A program made the position numbers and the translations under genes. Below are positions 40,138-51,064 of a stretch of DNA of 64,000 nt, in pieces (position 1 is the stretch's first letter; the number at the start of each line of letters is the position of its first letter). The notes beneath the pieces were generated by a model. It had not been told where the DNA came from and made no database searches. It was given only the letters and a program-made list of their open reading frames with translations. This DNA comes from Alphaproteobacteria bacterium (GTDB lineage Bacteria; Pseudomonadota; Alphaproteobacteria; Rhizobiales; JAKIUO01), in the NCBI GenBank assembly GCA_024280895.1, contig JAJRPI010000056.1:103655-167654 (forward strand), written 5' to 3'.

Positions 40138-41307
40138 CTAGCTCATGGCGCTTTTGATAGCTTCGACGAGGTTGAGTTTTTCCCATGAGAAGCCGCCATC
40201 ATTGTCAGGCTTGCGGCCAAAATGACCATATGAAGCGGTGCGCTCATAGATCGGGCGGCGCAGATCCAGCTGTTTGCGGATGCCGCTGGGGGTCAGGTCC
40301 ATGACTTCCATCAAGATGCCAGAAAGCTTCTCTTCGCTGATTTTACCGGTGCCGTAAGTGTCGACATAAAGCGACAAGGGTTTGGCGACGCCGATGGCAT
40401 AAGATAGTTGCAGGGTACAGCGGTCGGCAAGACCGGCTCCCACCACATTTTTGGCCAGATAGCGAGCGGCATAAGCAGCAGAACGATCGACTTTGGAGGG
40501 GTCTTTGCCCGAAAAGGCACCGCCACCATGAGGGGCTGCGCCACCATATGTATCAACAATGATTTTGCGGCCGGTCAGACCCGCGTCCCCGTCCGGCCCG
40601 CCAATGACGAATTTACCAGTTGGATTGATATAAAATTCTTCGTCAGGGCACATCCAGCCGTCGGGCAAAACATCGCGTACGATACCAGCGACAACCTCTT
40701 CGACCTGATCGCGGGTTGCTTCTTCTGTGTGCTGGGTAGAGACCACAATCGAGGTGGTGCCAACCGGCTTGCCATCTTCGTAGCGCAGTGTCACCTGACT
40801 TTTAGCGTCGGGGCCCAGAATATCCGTTTCACCAGAGTGGCGGGCTTTGGCCATATCGTGCAGGATCTGATGCGCATAAGCGATGGGTGCTGGCATCAGG
40901 TCCTCGGTTTCGTTACAGGCATAGCCAAACATAATGCCCTGATCGCCGGCACCTTCGTCTTTTTCCTCGCCGCGCTCAACGCCTTGGCGGATATCGCTGG
41001 ATTGCTCATGCAGATAAATCTGCACTTCGGCGTTTTTCCAATGAAACCCATCTTGCTCATAACCGATTTCGCGCACGCAGCGTCGCGCGGCTTCTTCGAT
41101 GGCAGCATTGTCAACAGAGGCGGGGCCATAGGTTTCGCCAGCCAGAATGATCCGATTGGTCGTGGTCATGGTTTCACATGCGACTTTGGAAGAGGGTTCA
41201 GCTGCCAGAAACAGATCGACCACAGAGTCGGATATGCGGTCGCATATTTTATCCGGATGACCTTCTGAAACGCTTTCACTGGTGAACAGATAGTTTTGTT
41301 GGGACAC
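40138..41307 (-). CDS. metK: S-adenosylmethionine synthetase
   Basis: The ORF is 40138-41388. A GTG at 41305-41307 lies 7 nt after AGGAG and gives [20 protein letters not shown]. It contains [12 protein letters not shown]. Confidence 0.95.
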   Translation of the reverse strand: MSQQNYLFTSESVSEGHPDKICDRISDSVVDLFLAAEPSSKVACETMTTTNRIILAGETYGPASVDNAAIEEAARRCVREIGYEQDGFHWKNAEVQIYLHEQSSDIRQGVERGEEKDEGAGDQGIMFGYACNETEDLMPAPIAYAHQILHDMAKARHSGETDILGPDAKSQVTLRYEDGKPVGTTSIVVSTQHTEEATRDQVEEVVAGIVRDVLPDGWMCPDEEFYINPTGKFVIGGPDGDAGLTGRKIIVDTYGGAAPHGGGAFSGKDPSKVDRSAAYAARYLAKNVVGAGLADRCTLQLSYAIGVAKPLSLYVDTYGTGKISEEKLSGILMEVMDLTPSGIRKQLDLRRPIYERTASYGHFGRKPDNDGGFSWEKLNLVEAIKSAMS

Positions 41308-41504
41308 CTGAAATCTCCTAGAGTTGCACGGATGAGAATGAATGGTTGAATTGACGCCGTTTGTTGCAGCCCAAAGGATGTGGGTCAAGCGCGAAATGGG
41401 ATTGGGTATAAACTAAATATTGCATTCATACAGTAAGGTGATGAACTCGCGCTCACCCTCGTGCTGGCCACCTCAATGAGGGCTGGCATGCTTGATGTGT
41501 GAAT

Positions 41505-41951
41505 TTATGATTTTGCTTTTCCCGTGTCGCGCGCAGCTAAATCTTCGCTCGACAAGGTCCGCACGAGATCAACAATGCGCTTGCGCACCTTGGGATCATG
41601 GATGCTGACAAAAGCGCGTATCAATTCGAGGCCGTCTCTTGTGCTGATGAACTCATAAACGAAGTTTTCCATCTTGGGTTCGCTCATGCCGCCCATGCCA
41701 GCTGCCTGACCGGCAGCCATTGGCGCATCGTCAAAAAAGAACTGCACGGGCACTTCGAGAATTTGCGAAATATGATGCAGGCGTGAGGCTCCAATACGAT
41801 TGGTGCCTTTTTCATATTTCTGGATTTGCTGAAAAGTCAGCCCCATCTGATCGCCGAGTTTTTCCTGGCTCATGGACAAAAGCATACGCCGCAGTCGCAC
41901 GCGACTGCCAACATGTATATCGATTGGATTTGGTTTCTTTGCTACAGTCAC
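41505..41951 (-). CDS. XRE-family helix-turn-helix transcriptional regulator
   Basis: 148-aa ORF with the HTH segment MSQEKLGDQMGLTFQQIQKYEKGTNRIGASRL. Confidence 0.8.
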   Translation of the reverse strand: MTVAKKPNPIDIHVGSRVRLRRMLLSMSQEKLGDQMGLTFQQIQKYEKGTNRIGASRLHHISQILEVPVQFFFDDAPMAAGQAAGMGGMSEPKMENFVYEFISTRDGLELIRAFVSIHDPKVRKRIVDLVRTLSSEDLAARDTGKAKS

Positions 41952-42280
41952 GTTTGTCCTCGAAGCGGTTTATATGGTTGTTTTTATAAGCTTGATTGTC
42001 AGGCAGCTTGTATGACAGTCCAGAGCGAATGTCCTAAAAAAGATTAATGGCATGAAGCGGTGCGACCCGCCTGTTACCTTCCTTTCCACAATCAACAGTG
42101 TGTAACCAGAAAATGCAACTTATTTGCGAGTTCTTTTGCGGCTCTTTTGGCATTTTGATCGCCATGATTAATGGCAAAAGGACCAATATTAGCCGTGTCT
42201 CACAGTGAACGAACATTCATAATGGGCTATAAGTTATTCAACTGTATAGTGTGAAAAACAAAACCACACTCTGTGGATAT

Positions 42281-43911
42281 CTAGGGAGTGCTCCTTTTAA
42301 TGAGGAGAATCGTGCCAATTGCTCCCCCGATCACGAGCCAGAACAACCATTTTCCATAGCGCGCATAGATGGTTTTTCCGATTGCCACCGGCAAGGCGGT
42401 ATCAAGTATCCCCTTGCTGGCAAGTGGGAGCGATTGCCTGACCCGTCCATAAGGATCGATCACCCCAGATATGCCCGTATTGGCCACCCGCACCATTGGC
42501 AGACCCTGCTCGATGGCTCGAATGCGGGACTGAACAAAATGCTGATAGGGGCCGGTTGAGACGCCATACCACGCATCATTGGTGAGATTGAGCAGCCATT
42601 TTGGGCGCGGGCCTTGTTCAATAATCTCATGGGGAAACACGACCTCATAACAGATCAGGGGGGCAAAGGGCGGGGCATTGTCAAGACGCACCAGACGCGG
42701 TTGCTGCCCCGTTTCAAAGCGCCCACGCACCTGCACCATCTGGCGCAGGCCAATCGCTTCAAGCAATGATTGAAAGGGGAGATATTCCCCAAACGGCACG
42801 AGATGTTTTTTGTCGAATGTACGGGTGATACGGGCTTTGCCATCTATCACGTACAAGCTATTAAAGATCGCTTTTTCGGGTGTTTTATCTACCTGCTTTG
42901 AAGGTTTATAGCGCATGGCACCGGTGATCAGTGTGGTTTGGTCCGGCAGCAGCTTGTCGATGCCCTTGAGGGCCTCAACGGAGCGTGCCATGAAAAATGG
43001 CAAAGCAGATTCTGGCCAGATCAGATGGGTGATTGAGTTTAGCCCTTGAGGCGTTTGTTTGGTTTTTTGTGCCGATAGCTCAAGCATGGAGCGATAGATC
43101 GGACCAGCATTTCCGGGGCGCCATTTATCGACCTGTTTGATATTTGGTTGCACGAGGCGCAAAACCACATTGGGCACCTCTTTGTCGATCGCATTATACA
43201 GCCGGATATGCCCCCAGATGGAGGCGAGCGCCAAGCTGCTAACGATGATCAATGGCGCTTTGTAATATGCCAAACCTGTGCGCTTGTTTTGGTTTTTAAC
43301 CGGTTCGTTCTGATTTTTAAAGAGGGCGATCGCGGGCGAAGCAAATACCAATACACAAAAAACGACAGGGCATTGGGGCCGAGCAAAGATGAAAGCTGCG
43401 ATAGTCCAGCTTCCCCGGCAAACACATGACCAAGGGCATTCCAGGGAAAGCCCGTAAAGAGATGGCCGCGTAAGTATTCGGAAATGGCCAGCGCAACACC
43501 AAGGCTTAAAACACGTGATATGCCGGGCTTCCAAAACAAAGCGGCCAGGCCAATCGCAAGGCTGTAAAACAGTGCCAGTCCCGCTGGCATCAACGTCATG
43601 GCGATCGGCATGAGAAAAAGAAAGACGCCCGCTTCCACGAGGAATGCCTTGCCGATCCAGTAAAGACCGAACAAAAAATAGCCAAAGCCAAAGGCCCAGC
43701 CGATGGCAGCAGCTTTTTTAAAAAGCTGTTGGTGGCTTTGGGCGTGGCGCTCAACGGCCCCATCGATCAACCAGATAAGGACGGGCAGGGTGAGAAACAG
43801 TACCGGCCAAAGATGGAAGGGAGCTTGCGACAAGACGCTTAAGGCGCCAGCTGCAAAGGCTGTTGCTATTTGCTGCCACCCCCGCAGGGCATGCACGCGC
43901 CCGATAATCAT
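42281..43911 (-). pseudogene. lnt: Apolipoprotein N-acyltransferase, reading frame broken by one missing base in a T-run
   Basis: The N-terminal membrane ORF is 43249-43911. The C-terminal ORF 42281-43534 carries the CN-hydrolase domain (LICYEVVFP). Adding one base at the plus-strand A6 run (43357-43362) joins ...GPNALSFF to CVLVFASPAIALF.... Confidence 0.88.
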
Positions 43912-43928
43912 TTATTCCCCGGCATTAT

Positions 43929-45023
43929 CTATTCTCCGGCATCAAGGGCTTTGGGCGGCTGTTGATCTAAATGATCGCCGTTTTGGCGCTTTGAATCTTT
44001 ATCAGGGATATGGATGCGCAGGCTTTTGATGCGCCGCGGGTCAGCATTGAGAACTTCAAACTCTATGCCGCTTGGGTGGGCAACGATTTCACCGCGCACA
44101 GGAACCCGTTTGGCAAGTGCAAAAACAAGGCCGCCTAGTGTATCGAACTCGTCGTCTTCCTCGCTGGAAATAAGGTCATAACCAAGATGCAGTTCGAGTT
44201 CGGTGATGGGGGTACGTGCTTTGGCGAGCAGGCCTTTTTTGGGATGCGCGATGAGGGAAGCTCCCTCGTCTACATCATGCTCGTCTTCAATTTCGCCCAC
44301 CACTTCTTCGACCAGATCTTCAATTGAGACAAGGCCGTCGCTACCGCCATATTCGTCCACGACCAGAGCTAGATGCGTGCGCGTTGATTGCATGCGCAGC
44401 AACAGATCAAGTACGGGCATGCCCGGGGGCACATAGAGCATGGAACGGCGGATTTTAATGGAAGCAATGGTTTGCTCAAGGTCAATATCGGCCAGATTGA
44501 TGATCGGTTTTTTGGTTTCCACAAGACGCAGGGCCGTTTGTGCGCGTGCTTTGCGCTGTTTAGGTTTTGCTTCCTCACCATTTTCGCCCTGCTGGCGATT
44601 GGCGATCCACAGCATCAAATCCTTGATATGCACCATGCCGCGCGGATCATCGAGGGTTTCGCGATAGAGCGGAATGCGTGAATGGGAAGAAGTCTCGAAC
44701 AGGTTGAACAGCTCGCCCAGCGTTGCCAGCTCGTCAATGGCGATAATATCGGCTCGCGGCAGCATCACATCATCGACGCGCAAGGTGTCGAAGCGTAAAA
44801 TATTACGCAGCATGGAGCGCTCTTGACGGGAGAAGTCACGCGATGTGGCCAAGGCGTCTGTATGCAGCAGATTTAAAATCTGTTGTCTGGGAGAGGGAAG
44901 TGGCGCTAAGCCGAATATTCGTTTTAAACGTGTAAAAAAGCTTGGACTGTCCTCGTCGATCAGGTCGGCAGCGCAAGGGTCGGTATCAGTCAATTCAGTG
45001 GTCACCGCATTTTGGTCGTTCAT
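43929..45023 (-). CDS. corC: CorC/TlyC-family protein (CBS pair plus CorC_HlyC transporter-associated domain)
   Basis: 364-aa ORF in the conserved miaB-phoH-ybeY-corC-lnt synteny, with a CBS pair and a C-terminal [19 protein letters not shown]. Confidence 0.85.
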   Translation of the reverse strand: MNDQNAVTTELTDTDPCAADLIDEDSPSFFTRLKRIFGLAPLPSPRQQILNLLHTDALATSRDFSRQERSMLRNILRFDTLRVDDVMLPRADIIAIDELATLGELFNLFETSSHSRIPLYRETLDDPRGMVHIKDLMLWIANRQQGENGEEAKPKQRKARAQTALRLVETKKPIINLADIDLEQTIASIKIRRSMLYVPPGMPVLDLLLRMQSTRTHLALVVDEYGGSDGLVSIEDLVEEVVGEIEDEHDVDEGASLIAHPKKGLLAKARTPITELELHLGYDLISSEEDDEFDTLGGLVFALAKRVPVRGEIVAHPSGIEFEVLNADPRRIKSLRIHIPDKDSKRQNGDHLDQQPPKALDAGE

Positions 45024-45068
45024 TTTGTTTTGGAGCCTTGGTTTTCAAAGTTGAATGATAGCACTGTT

Positions 45069-45569
45069 TTACTCATCGCGATAGGGGGAAGGGATATGCA
45101 AAGAGGCCAGAATTTGACACTCTAGTTCTTCCATCAAGCTAGCCTCGTCTGGTTCCTCATGATCATAGTCAAACAGATGCAAAATACCATGCACGACAAG
45201 ATGGGCAATATGATGACGTAACGGCTTGTCCTCGTCCCTGGCTTCCAGGGTGAGCGTTTCCAGGGCGAGGATGATATCCCCCAGTGGTTCGGGGCCTTGA
45301 TGAAGATCGGGAAACTCATTGTCGAACGGAAAAGACAGCACATTGGTGGCTTTGTCTTTGCCCCTGAACTGATGGTTGAGCTGCCGGACCTGCTGGTCGT
45401 TTGACAGATTGATCGCCACCTCAAAGGGGCCTTGGGCACCTAGCAGTTTACTGGCTTTTGCGCAGGCAGCATTGGCGGCTTGCGTGATCAGCGGCTCAAG
45501 TTCGTCGAGCTCATGCCAAGGCTCATGGCTGACAATAAGGTCGAGGGTGAGTTCCGTTGGTTGGGGCAC
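45069..45569 (-). CDS. ybeY: rRNA maturation endoribonuclease YbeY
   Basis: 166-aa ORF with the zinc motif HLVVHGILHLFDYDH. Confidence 0.93.
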   Translation of the reverse strand: MPQPTELTLDLIVSHEPWHELDELEPLITQAANAACAKASKLLGAQGPFEVAINLSNDQQVRQLNHQFRGKDKATNVLSFPFDNEFPDLHQGPEPLGDIILALETLTLEARDEDKPLRHHIAHLVVHGILHLFDYDHEEPDEASLMEELECQILASLHIPSPYRDE

Positions 45570-45571
45570 GT

Positions 45572-46657
45572 TTATTGCGTGTTCCTGTCGGTCTTTTTAC
45601 GCGGCTCTTTGCGCTTTTTTTCTTTATTATCATAGGCGTTGACGATGCGCGTGACGAGATCGTGACGCACCACATCCTTGCCGGTGAAGCGGATATGGCC
45701 AATACCTGCAATGTCTTGCAGCAGCGAGCTGGCATCGATCAATCCAGAGCGTGTGCCGGCGGGCAGATCGATTTGCGAGGGGTCTCCGGTGACGATCATG
45801 CGTGAGCCCTCGCCAAGCCGGGTCAGGAACATTTTCATTTGCATGGGCGTGCAGTTTTGCGCTTCATCAAGGATGATCAGCGCATGAGACAAGGTGCGGC
45901 CGCGCATAAAGGCCAGAGGGGCAATCTCGATGGTGCCGCTCTCAAGTCCAAGCTCGACCTTTTCGGTTGGCAGCATATCATAGAGGGCGTCATAAAGGGG
46001 GCGCAGATAAGGGTCGATTTTCTCGCGCATATCGCCGGGCAAGAACCCCAGCCGCTCCCCGGCTTCCACAGCCGGGCGTGACAGGATCAATCGATCAATG
46101 AGGCCGAGTTCAAGGGCGGCTGAGGCATACGCTACGGCCAGATAGGTTTTGCCGGTGCCAGCTGGGCCAACAGAAAAAGTCAGCTCATTTTTATCAATGG
46201 TGCGCAGATAGTCGCTTTGCAATTTCGTGCGGCCGGTAACCAGGCGCTTTTTGGTTTTGATCTGCGCTGCACCGTCAGGGCTGCTTTTAACAATCGCGCG
46301 CTTCGATGGTTTTTTGGTTGGTTTGCGCGGGGCTTTTTTGCGTGTGGTAGAACGCGACGGTACTGGCATCATCGGATCAAGGTGGCGAATGGTGCCATCA
46401 ACTTCTGCAGGGGTGATTTGTTCCCCGTGCCGCAAACGGTGATAAAGGCCTTCCAGCACGGATTTGGCGGTTTTAATGGCATGAATTGAACCAGACAAGG
46501 TGATCAGATTGCCATTAGTGTGGGTTTCAATGCCCAGCCGGTCTTCGATTAGAGCGAGGTTTTCATCAAACTCCCCCAGCAGTTCGCGAATGAGGTTATT
46601 GTCCTCGAATTCAAGAACAAGCTGCTTGATTTCACCTTTTTTTACGGTTTGCGGCAA
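45572..46657 (-). CDS. phoH: PhoH-family ATPase (YbeZ-like)
   Basis: 361-aa ORF with an N-terminal KH-like region, Walker A GPAGTGKTYLAV and DEAQN. Confidence 0.9.
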   Translation of the reverse strand: MPQTVKKGEIKQLVLEFEDNNLIRELLGEFDENLALIEDRLGIETHTNGNLITLSGSIHAIKTAKSVLEGLYHRLRHGEQITPAEVDGTIRHLDPMMPVPSRSTTRKKAPRKPTKKPSKRAIVKSSPDGAAQIKTKKRLVTGRTKLQSDYLRTIDKNELTFSVGPAGTGKTYLAVAYASAALELGLIDRLILSRPAVEAGERLGFLPGDMREKIDPYLRPLYDALYDMLPTEKVELGLESGTIEIAPLAFMRGRTLSHALIILDEAQNCTPMQMKMFLTRLGEGSRMIVTGDPSQIDLPAGTRSGLIDASSLLQDIAGIGHIRFTGKDVVRHDLVTRIVNAYDNKEKKRKEPRKKTDRNTQ

Positions 46658-46733
46658 TCATATCTCCTTGGTACGCTCGCACACTGGATATTCCCCGGAT
46701 GATAAATTTGGGCGATAAATGAGGGGCGATAAA

Positions 46734-48095
46734 TTATACGAGCTCTTTATTTTGGGCCTTTTTCAGTTCGCCAGCAAGGCTATTTCGTGTTGTGTCGACA
46801 ATTTCCACTTCGACAATGCGCCCCATCATCTCGTCGGGCGCAATCACATGCACCAGTTGCAGATAGGGAGAGCGCCCCACCAATTGGCCCGGTTCGCGGC
46901 CGCGCTTTTCAAGCAAAATGGGTAGTTTTTTGCCAATCTGGGCGCGATTGAACTCCAATTGCTGTTCTTTCAGCAAGGTTTGTAATCGTTGCAGACGCTC
47001 GCTTGCCACATGTTTTTCAACCTGATCTTCCATGAGCGCCGCCGTGGTGCCGGGGCGGGGGCTATAGGTGAAAGAGTAGGCTTGGGCATATTTGATGTCG
47101 CGCACCAATTGCATGGTGTCTTCGAAATCCTGATCTGTTTCACCGGGAAAGCCAACAATGATATCGGTGGACAGGGCAATATCGGGGCGGGCTTCTCGCA
47201 CACGTTCAAGGATCTCGCGATATTTATCGATTTTATGGTCGCGGTTCATGGCTTTCAGGATTTTATCGGAGCCAGACTGGAAAGGCAGATGCAGATAAGG
47301 CATGAGCTTTTCGATCTCTTTGTGTGCCTCGATCAGATCGTCGCTCATATCATTGGGGTGGCTGGTGGTGTAGCGAATGCGCTCCAGCCCTTCTACCTTG
47401 GCAACTTTTTTGATGAGACGCGCAAGGCTTACAGGCTGGCCCTTTTTATTGGCCCCATGATAGGCGTTGACGTTTTGCCCTAGCAGGGTGATTTCCTTGG
47501 TGCCGTGGCGCGCCAGCTCAATGGTCTCCTTGACGATCTCTTTGACGGGGCGTGAATATTCTCCCCCTCTTGTGTAGGGCACCACGCAAAAGGTGCAAAA
47601 TTTATCGCAGCCTTCCTGCACGGTGATAAAGGCGGTCAGTTTTTTAATGGAGCGGCCGGGCAGATGCTCGAATTTGAGGTCGGTTGGAAAATCGGTGTCA
47701 ACGATGCGTTGCTTGTGCTGCTCGGCGGAAAAAATATAGTCGGGCAGGCGGTGATAGCTCTGGGGACCGATGACGATATTAACGATGGGGGCGCGAGCCA
47801 GGATTTCTCGGCCCTCTGCCTGCGCCACGCAACCGGCCACAACAACCGTTGTTTCTTCGCCATTTTGTAGGCGCTTATTGCGGATCAGCTTGATACGTCC
47901 AAGGTCTGAATAGACTTTTTCGGCGGCCTTTTCACGGATATGGCAGGTATTGAGCACCACCACATCAGCCTGTGCCATCTCATCGGTGCTCTCAAAGCCA
48001 ATTTCGCCCATCACTTCAAACAGGCGGTCACTGTCATATTGGTTCATCTGACAACCATAGGTTTTGACAAATAGTTTTTTCACTGCACGGGGCAT
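46734..48095 (-). CDS. miaB: tRNA-i6A37 methylthiotransferase
   Basis: 453-aa ORF with the N-terminal YGCQMNQYDS, the radical-SAM motif CDKFCTFC and a C-terminal TRAM region. Confidence 0.95.
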   Translation of the reverse strand: MPRAVKKLFVKTYGCQMNQYDSDRLFEVMGEIGFESTDEMAQADVVVLNTCHIREKAAEKVYSDLGRIKLIRNKRLQNGEETTVVVAGCVAQAEGREILARAPIVNIVIGPQSYHRLPDYIFSAEQHKQRIVDTDFPTDLKFEHLPGRSIKKLTAFITVQEGCDKFCTFCVVPYTRGGEYSRPVKEIVKETIELARHGTKEITLLGQNVNAYHGANKKGQPVSLARLIKKVAKVEGLERIRYTTSHPNDMSDDLIEAHKEIEKLMPYLHLPFQSGSDKILKAMNRDHKIDKYREILERVREARPDIALSTDIIVGFPGETDQDFEDTMQLVRDIKYAQAYSFTYSPRPGTTAALMEDQVEKHVASERLQRLQTLLKEQQLEFNRAQIGKKLPILLEKRGREPGQLVGRSPYLQLVHVIAPDEMMGRIVEVEIVDTTRNSLAGELKKAQNKELV

Positions 48096-48323
48096 TCAAG
48101 CGGCCTTTTCTGGCTCAAAAAGATCATTCTTGTCGCCTTGTATTCTCATTCTTGATCAAGGTCCATCCAATTCCTTCATTCTATCAAAAACGCCCGAAGC
48201 GGGCCTTTTAACGTGCTTCAAATCCGTGAGGGGAATATCGCATGAAAATAAGCAACAATTTTGGCAGATTGTCAGGACGCCCATAAAAACCTATAACCAA
48301 TGTCATAATTATAGTGAGGGAAC

Positions 48324-48902
48324 ATGGAGCAGTATCTGCTCATATTGCTGTCAACCGTGCTGGTAAACAATGTGGTGCTCGTGAAATTTCTCGGGCTATG
48401 CCCCTTCATGGGCGTTTCAAATCGCTTTGCCGGGGCCATCGGCATGGGGTTGGCGACGACATTTGTGCTAACCTTGTCGGCCGCTTTGAGCTGGTTGCTG
48501 GAGACTTATTTCCTGCGACCATTGGGGCTCGATTTTTTGCGCCTTGTGACATTCATTCTGGTGATCGCTGCCATCGTGCAGTTTACGGAAATCGCCATTC
48601 GGCGTATTTCACCGATCCTCTATCAGGTTCTGGGGGTCTATTTGCCATTGATCACCACCAATTGCGCGGTGCTGGGAGTGGCTTTGTTGAATATTGATGA
48701 GCGGCACGGGTTTGTCCAAAGTCTGCTGTTTGGATTTGGGTCGGCGATTGGCTTTACGCTGGTGATGGTGATGTTTGCTGGCATAAGAGAGCGGTTGGAA
48801 TTGAACGATGTGCCGCTGCCCTTCAAGGGAGCGCCAATTGGATTTATCACCGCTGGCATGTTGTCCATGGCCTTTATGGGTTTTTCGGGACTGGTCAAAT
48901 AG
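48324..48902 (+). CDS. rnfA: Rnf electron transport complex subunit A
   Basis: 192-aa polytopic [35 protein letters not shown]. Confidence 0.93.
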   Translation: MEQYLLILLSTVLVNNVVLVKFLGLCPFMGVSNRFAGAIGMGLATTFVLTLSAALSWLLETYFLRPLGLDFLRLVTFILVIAAIVQFTEIAIRRISPILYQVLGVYLPLITTNCAVLGVALLNIDERHGFVQSLLFGFGSAIGFTLVMVMFAGIRERLELNDVPLPFKGAPIGFITAGMLSMAFMGFSGLVK

Positions 48903-48956
48903 GGCGAGCCAATAAAGGGCTACGGGCCAATCAGGGTTACGAGAAAGGGTTGGAAA

Positions 48957-49547
48957 ATGCTGATAGCTGTTGTAGCTCTTGCCGCCCTTGGCGTGTTGTT
49001 GGGCGTTATCTTGTCGATGGCGGCGCGCTTTTTATCTGTCGATTCTGACCCGCTGGCCGATGAACTGGAGCAGATGTTGCCAAACCTGCAATGTGGGCAA
49101 TGTGGTTTCGTTGGCTGCCGCCCTGCTGCTGAAGCCTTGTCCGCAGGGGAAATCGAGGTCACCTTATGCCCTCCAGGAGGAGTGGCGCTGGCCGCCAAAC
49201 TGGCTGAAAAACTGCATGTCGAGATTGATCTTAGCAAAATGGATCACGAGCCACTGGTGGCCTTTGTGCATGAGGAGCGCTGTATCGGCTGCACGAAATG
49301 TATTTTGGTCTGCCCAACTGATTGCATCATTGGCGCGCCCAAAAAACTGCATACGGTCATTGCCTCGGCCTGTGTTGGTGGCGCGGCTTGCCTTGAAGTC
49401 TGCCCCACTGACTGCATCGAGATGGTGCCGGTGACGATCAAGGAAGCCAGCGTGCAATCCTGGAACTGGCCAAAGCCCGGCTCGCCGCAATCCAGCTCCT
49501 CACTGCACTCCAAGTCTTCCCAGCTTGCAACGGGGGGTGCGGATTGA
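48957..49547 (+). CDS. rnfB: Rnf complex subunit B (Fe-S)
   Basis: 196-aa ORF with a membrane anchor, CGQCGFVGC, and the two ferredoxin motifs CIGCTKCILVCP and CVGGAACLEVCP. Confidence 0.92.
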   Translation: MLIAVVALAALGVLLGVILSMAARFLSVDSDPLADELEQMLPNLQCGQCGFVGCRPAAEALSAGEIEVTLCPPGGVALAAKLAEKLHVEIDLSKMDHEPLVAFVHEERCIGCTKCILVCPTDCIIGAPKKLHTVIASACVGGAACLEVCPTDCIEMVPVTIKEASVQSWNWPKPGSPQSSSSLHSKSSQLATGGAD

Positions 49548-51064
49548 TGAAACTTTTCGAGATCAAAGGCGGCGTCCTTCCCAAAGACCATAAGGAATTA
49601 AGTGCCAACAAGGCCATTCAAGAAGTACCCATGCCCCTGGAGTTGTCCTTGCCCATGCACCAGCATATCGGCATTGCTGCAAAGCCCATGGTGCAGGTCG
49701 GGGAACGTGTGACCAAGGGCCAGCTGATCGGTCTGTGCGCCACGCAATGTCTGGAGGGATCGGCCAGCAATAATCGCATCACAGCACCGGTTCATGCGCC
49801 AACATCCGGGCGCATTAGCAATATTGCCATGCAGAGATCGCCGCATCCCTCTGGCCTGCCAGAGATGATGGTGACACTGCAACCAGATGGCGCAGATCGC
49901 TGGGGGGCGCTGCCGCGCGCGCTTGACCCAGCAAGCAGCTCGGCGAGCGAACTTGTGGAGCGGATCCAACAAAGCGGTATTGTTGGTATGGGCGGAGCGA
50001 TGTTTCCAACCGCCGCCAAGCTTGAGGCTCGCAAGTATAGTGACTTACACAGCCTGATTATCAATGGCGCGGAATGCGAGCCCTATCTTACCGCCGATGA
50101 TCGCTTGATGCGCGAACAGGCACAAAAGATTGTCGACGGCATTGTCATCTTGCAGCACATTTTGAACGTCCCTAATGTTATCATCGCCATCGAAGATCGC
50201 CGCGTCCACGCAGTCGATGCTATGCGCACCGCCATTGGCGCGCATAAAGGCATGAGCGTTGTCTTGGTGCCAACCCGCTACCCTATGGGATCCGAAAAAC
50301 ATCTTATTAAAGCGCTGACCGGCCAAGAAGTGCCGTCCGGGTCTTTGCCCTCATCTCTTGGTCTGATCGTCAATAATGTGGGTACTGCTTACGCTATCCA
50401 TGAAGCCGTGCGACTTGGCCAGCCGCTCATTTCGCGCATCGTCACCGTATCTGGCGGCGCAATTAAAAATCCCGGTAATTATCATGTTTTGCTGGGCACC
50501 AAAGTCTCGCATCTGGTGGAGACTTGCGGCGGCTTTTCGCAACAGCCCGAACAGATGATGATCGGTGGGCCAATGATGGGGCTGCCTTTTAGCGATCTTG
50601 AAGTGCCGATCACCAAGGGCACCAATGGCATTTTGGCGCTGACAAAATCGGAAGTGAAGCCCGGCACCCATCGCCCTTGTATTCGTTGCGGCGCTTGTAT
50701 TCCCGCCTGTCCGAGCGGCCTGGAGCCACAAGATCTGTTTGTGTTGGTGCGCAATGAAAAGATCGAGCCAGCGATTGATGCAGGTTTGGCCGATTGTATT
50801 TTGTGCGGTGCCTGTTCATATGTCTGCCCCTCCCATATTCCGCTCGTGCAATTTTTCAACTATGGCAAGGGGCAGGCGCTGGAGATGAGAAATGAGGTAG
50901 TGCGCGCTGCGCGTTTGAAGCAATTGTCGGATGAACGGTCAGTTCGGGTTGAAGAAAAAGCCCGCCAGAAAAAAGCCAAACAAGAGGCGCGCAAAAAAGC
51001 CATTGCCGCTCGCAAAAAAGCGCAAGAGCAAGAACGCGCACAAGCGGGCGAGGTCAAGGCATGA
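49547..51064 (+). CDS. rnfC: Rnf complex subunit C (NADH/FMN-binding, 2x[4Fe-4S])
   Basis: The track ORF starts at 49544. The ATG at 49547 overlaps the rnfB stop (TGATG). It has CIRCGACIPACP and CILCGACSYVCP, and a K/E/A-rich C-terminal tail. Confidence 0.93.
   Translation: MKLFEIKGGVLPKDHKELSANKAIQEVPMPLELSLPMHQHIGIAAKPMVQVGERVTKGQLIGLCATQCLEGSASNNRITAPVHAPTSGRISNIAMQRSPHPSGLPEMMVTLQPDGADRWGALPRALDPASSSASELVERIQQSGIVGMGGAMFPTAAKLEARKYSDLHSLIINGAECEPYLTADDRLMREQAQKIVDGIVILQHILNVPNVIIAIEDRRVHAVDAMRTAIGAHKGMSVVLVPTRYPMGSEKHLIKALTGQEVPSGSLPSSLGLIVNNVGTAYAIHEAVRLGQPLISRIVTVSGGAIKNPGNYHVLLGTKVSHLVETCGGFSQQPEQMMIGGPMMGLPFSDLEVPITKGTNGILALTKSEVKPGTHRPCIRCGACIPACPSGLEPQDLFVLVRNEKIEPAIDAGLADCILCGACSYVCPSHIPLVQFFNYGKGQALEMRNEVVRAARLKQLSDERSVRVEEKARQKKAKQEARKKAIAARKKAQEQERAQAGEVKA

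Noticed and set aside
41308-41504. SAM-responsive riboswitch (SAM-II, SAM-V or SAM/SAH) in the metK leader.
   Set aside because: I could not find the conserved pseudoknot core (the AAAGCU-type 3' strand pairing with a U-rich loop) with confidence by eye. I leave it for an Rfam scan rather than call it.
48096-48323. Sigma-54 or FNR/FixK-type promoter upstream of rnfA (tggcagattgtcagg; cttgatcaag).
   Set aside because: The spacing does not fit GG-N10-GC, and the palindrome does not match TTGAT-N4-ATCAA. I make no supported regulatory call.
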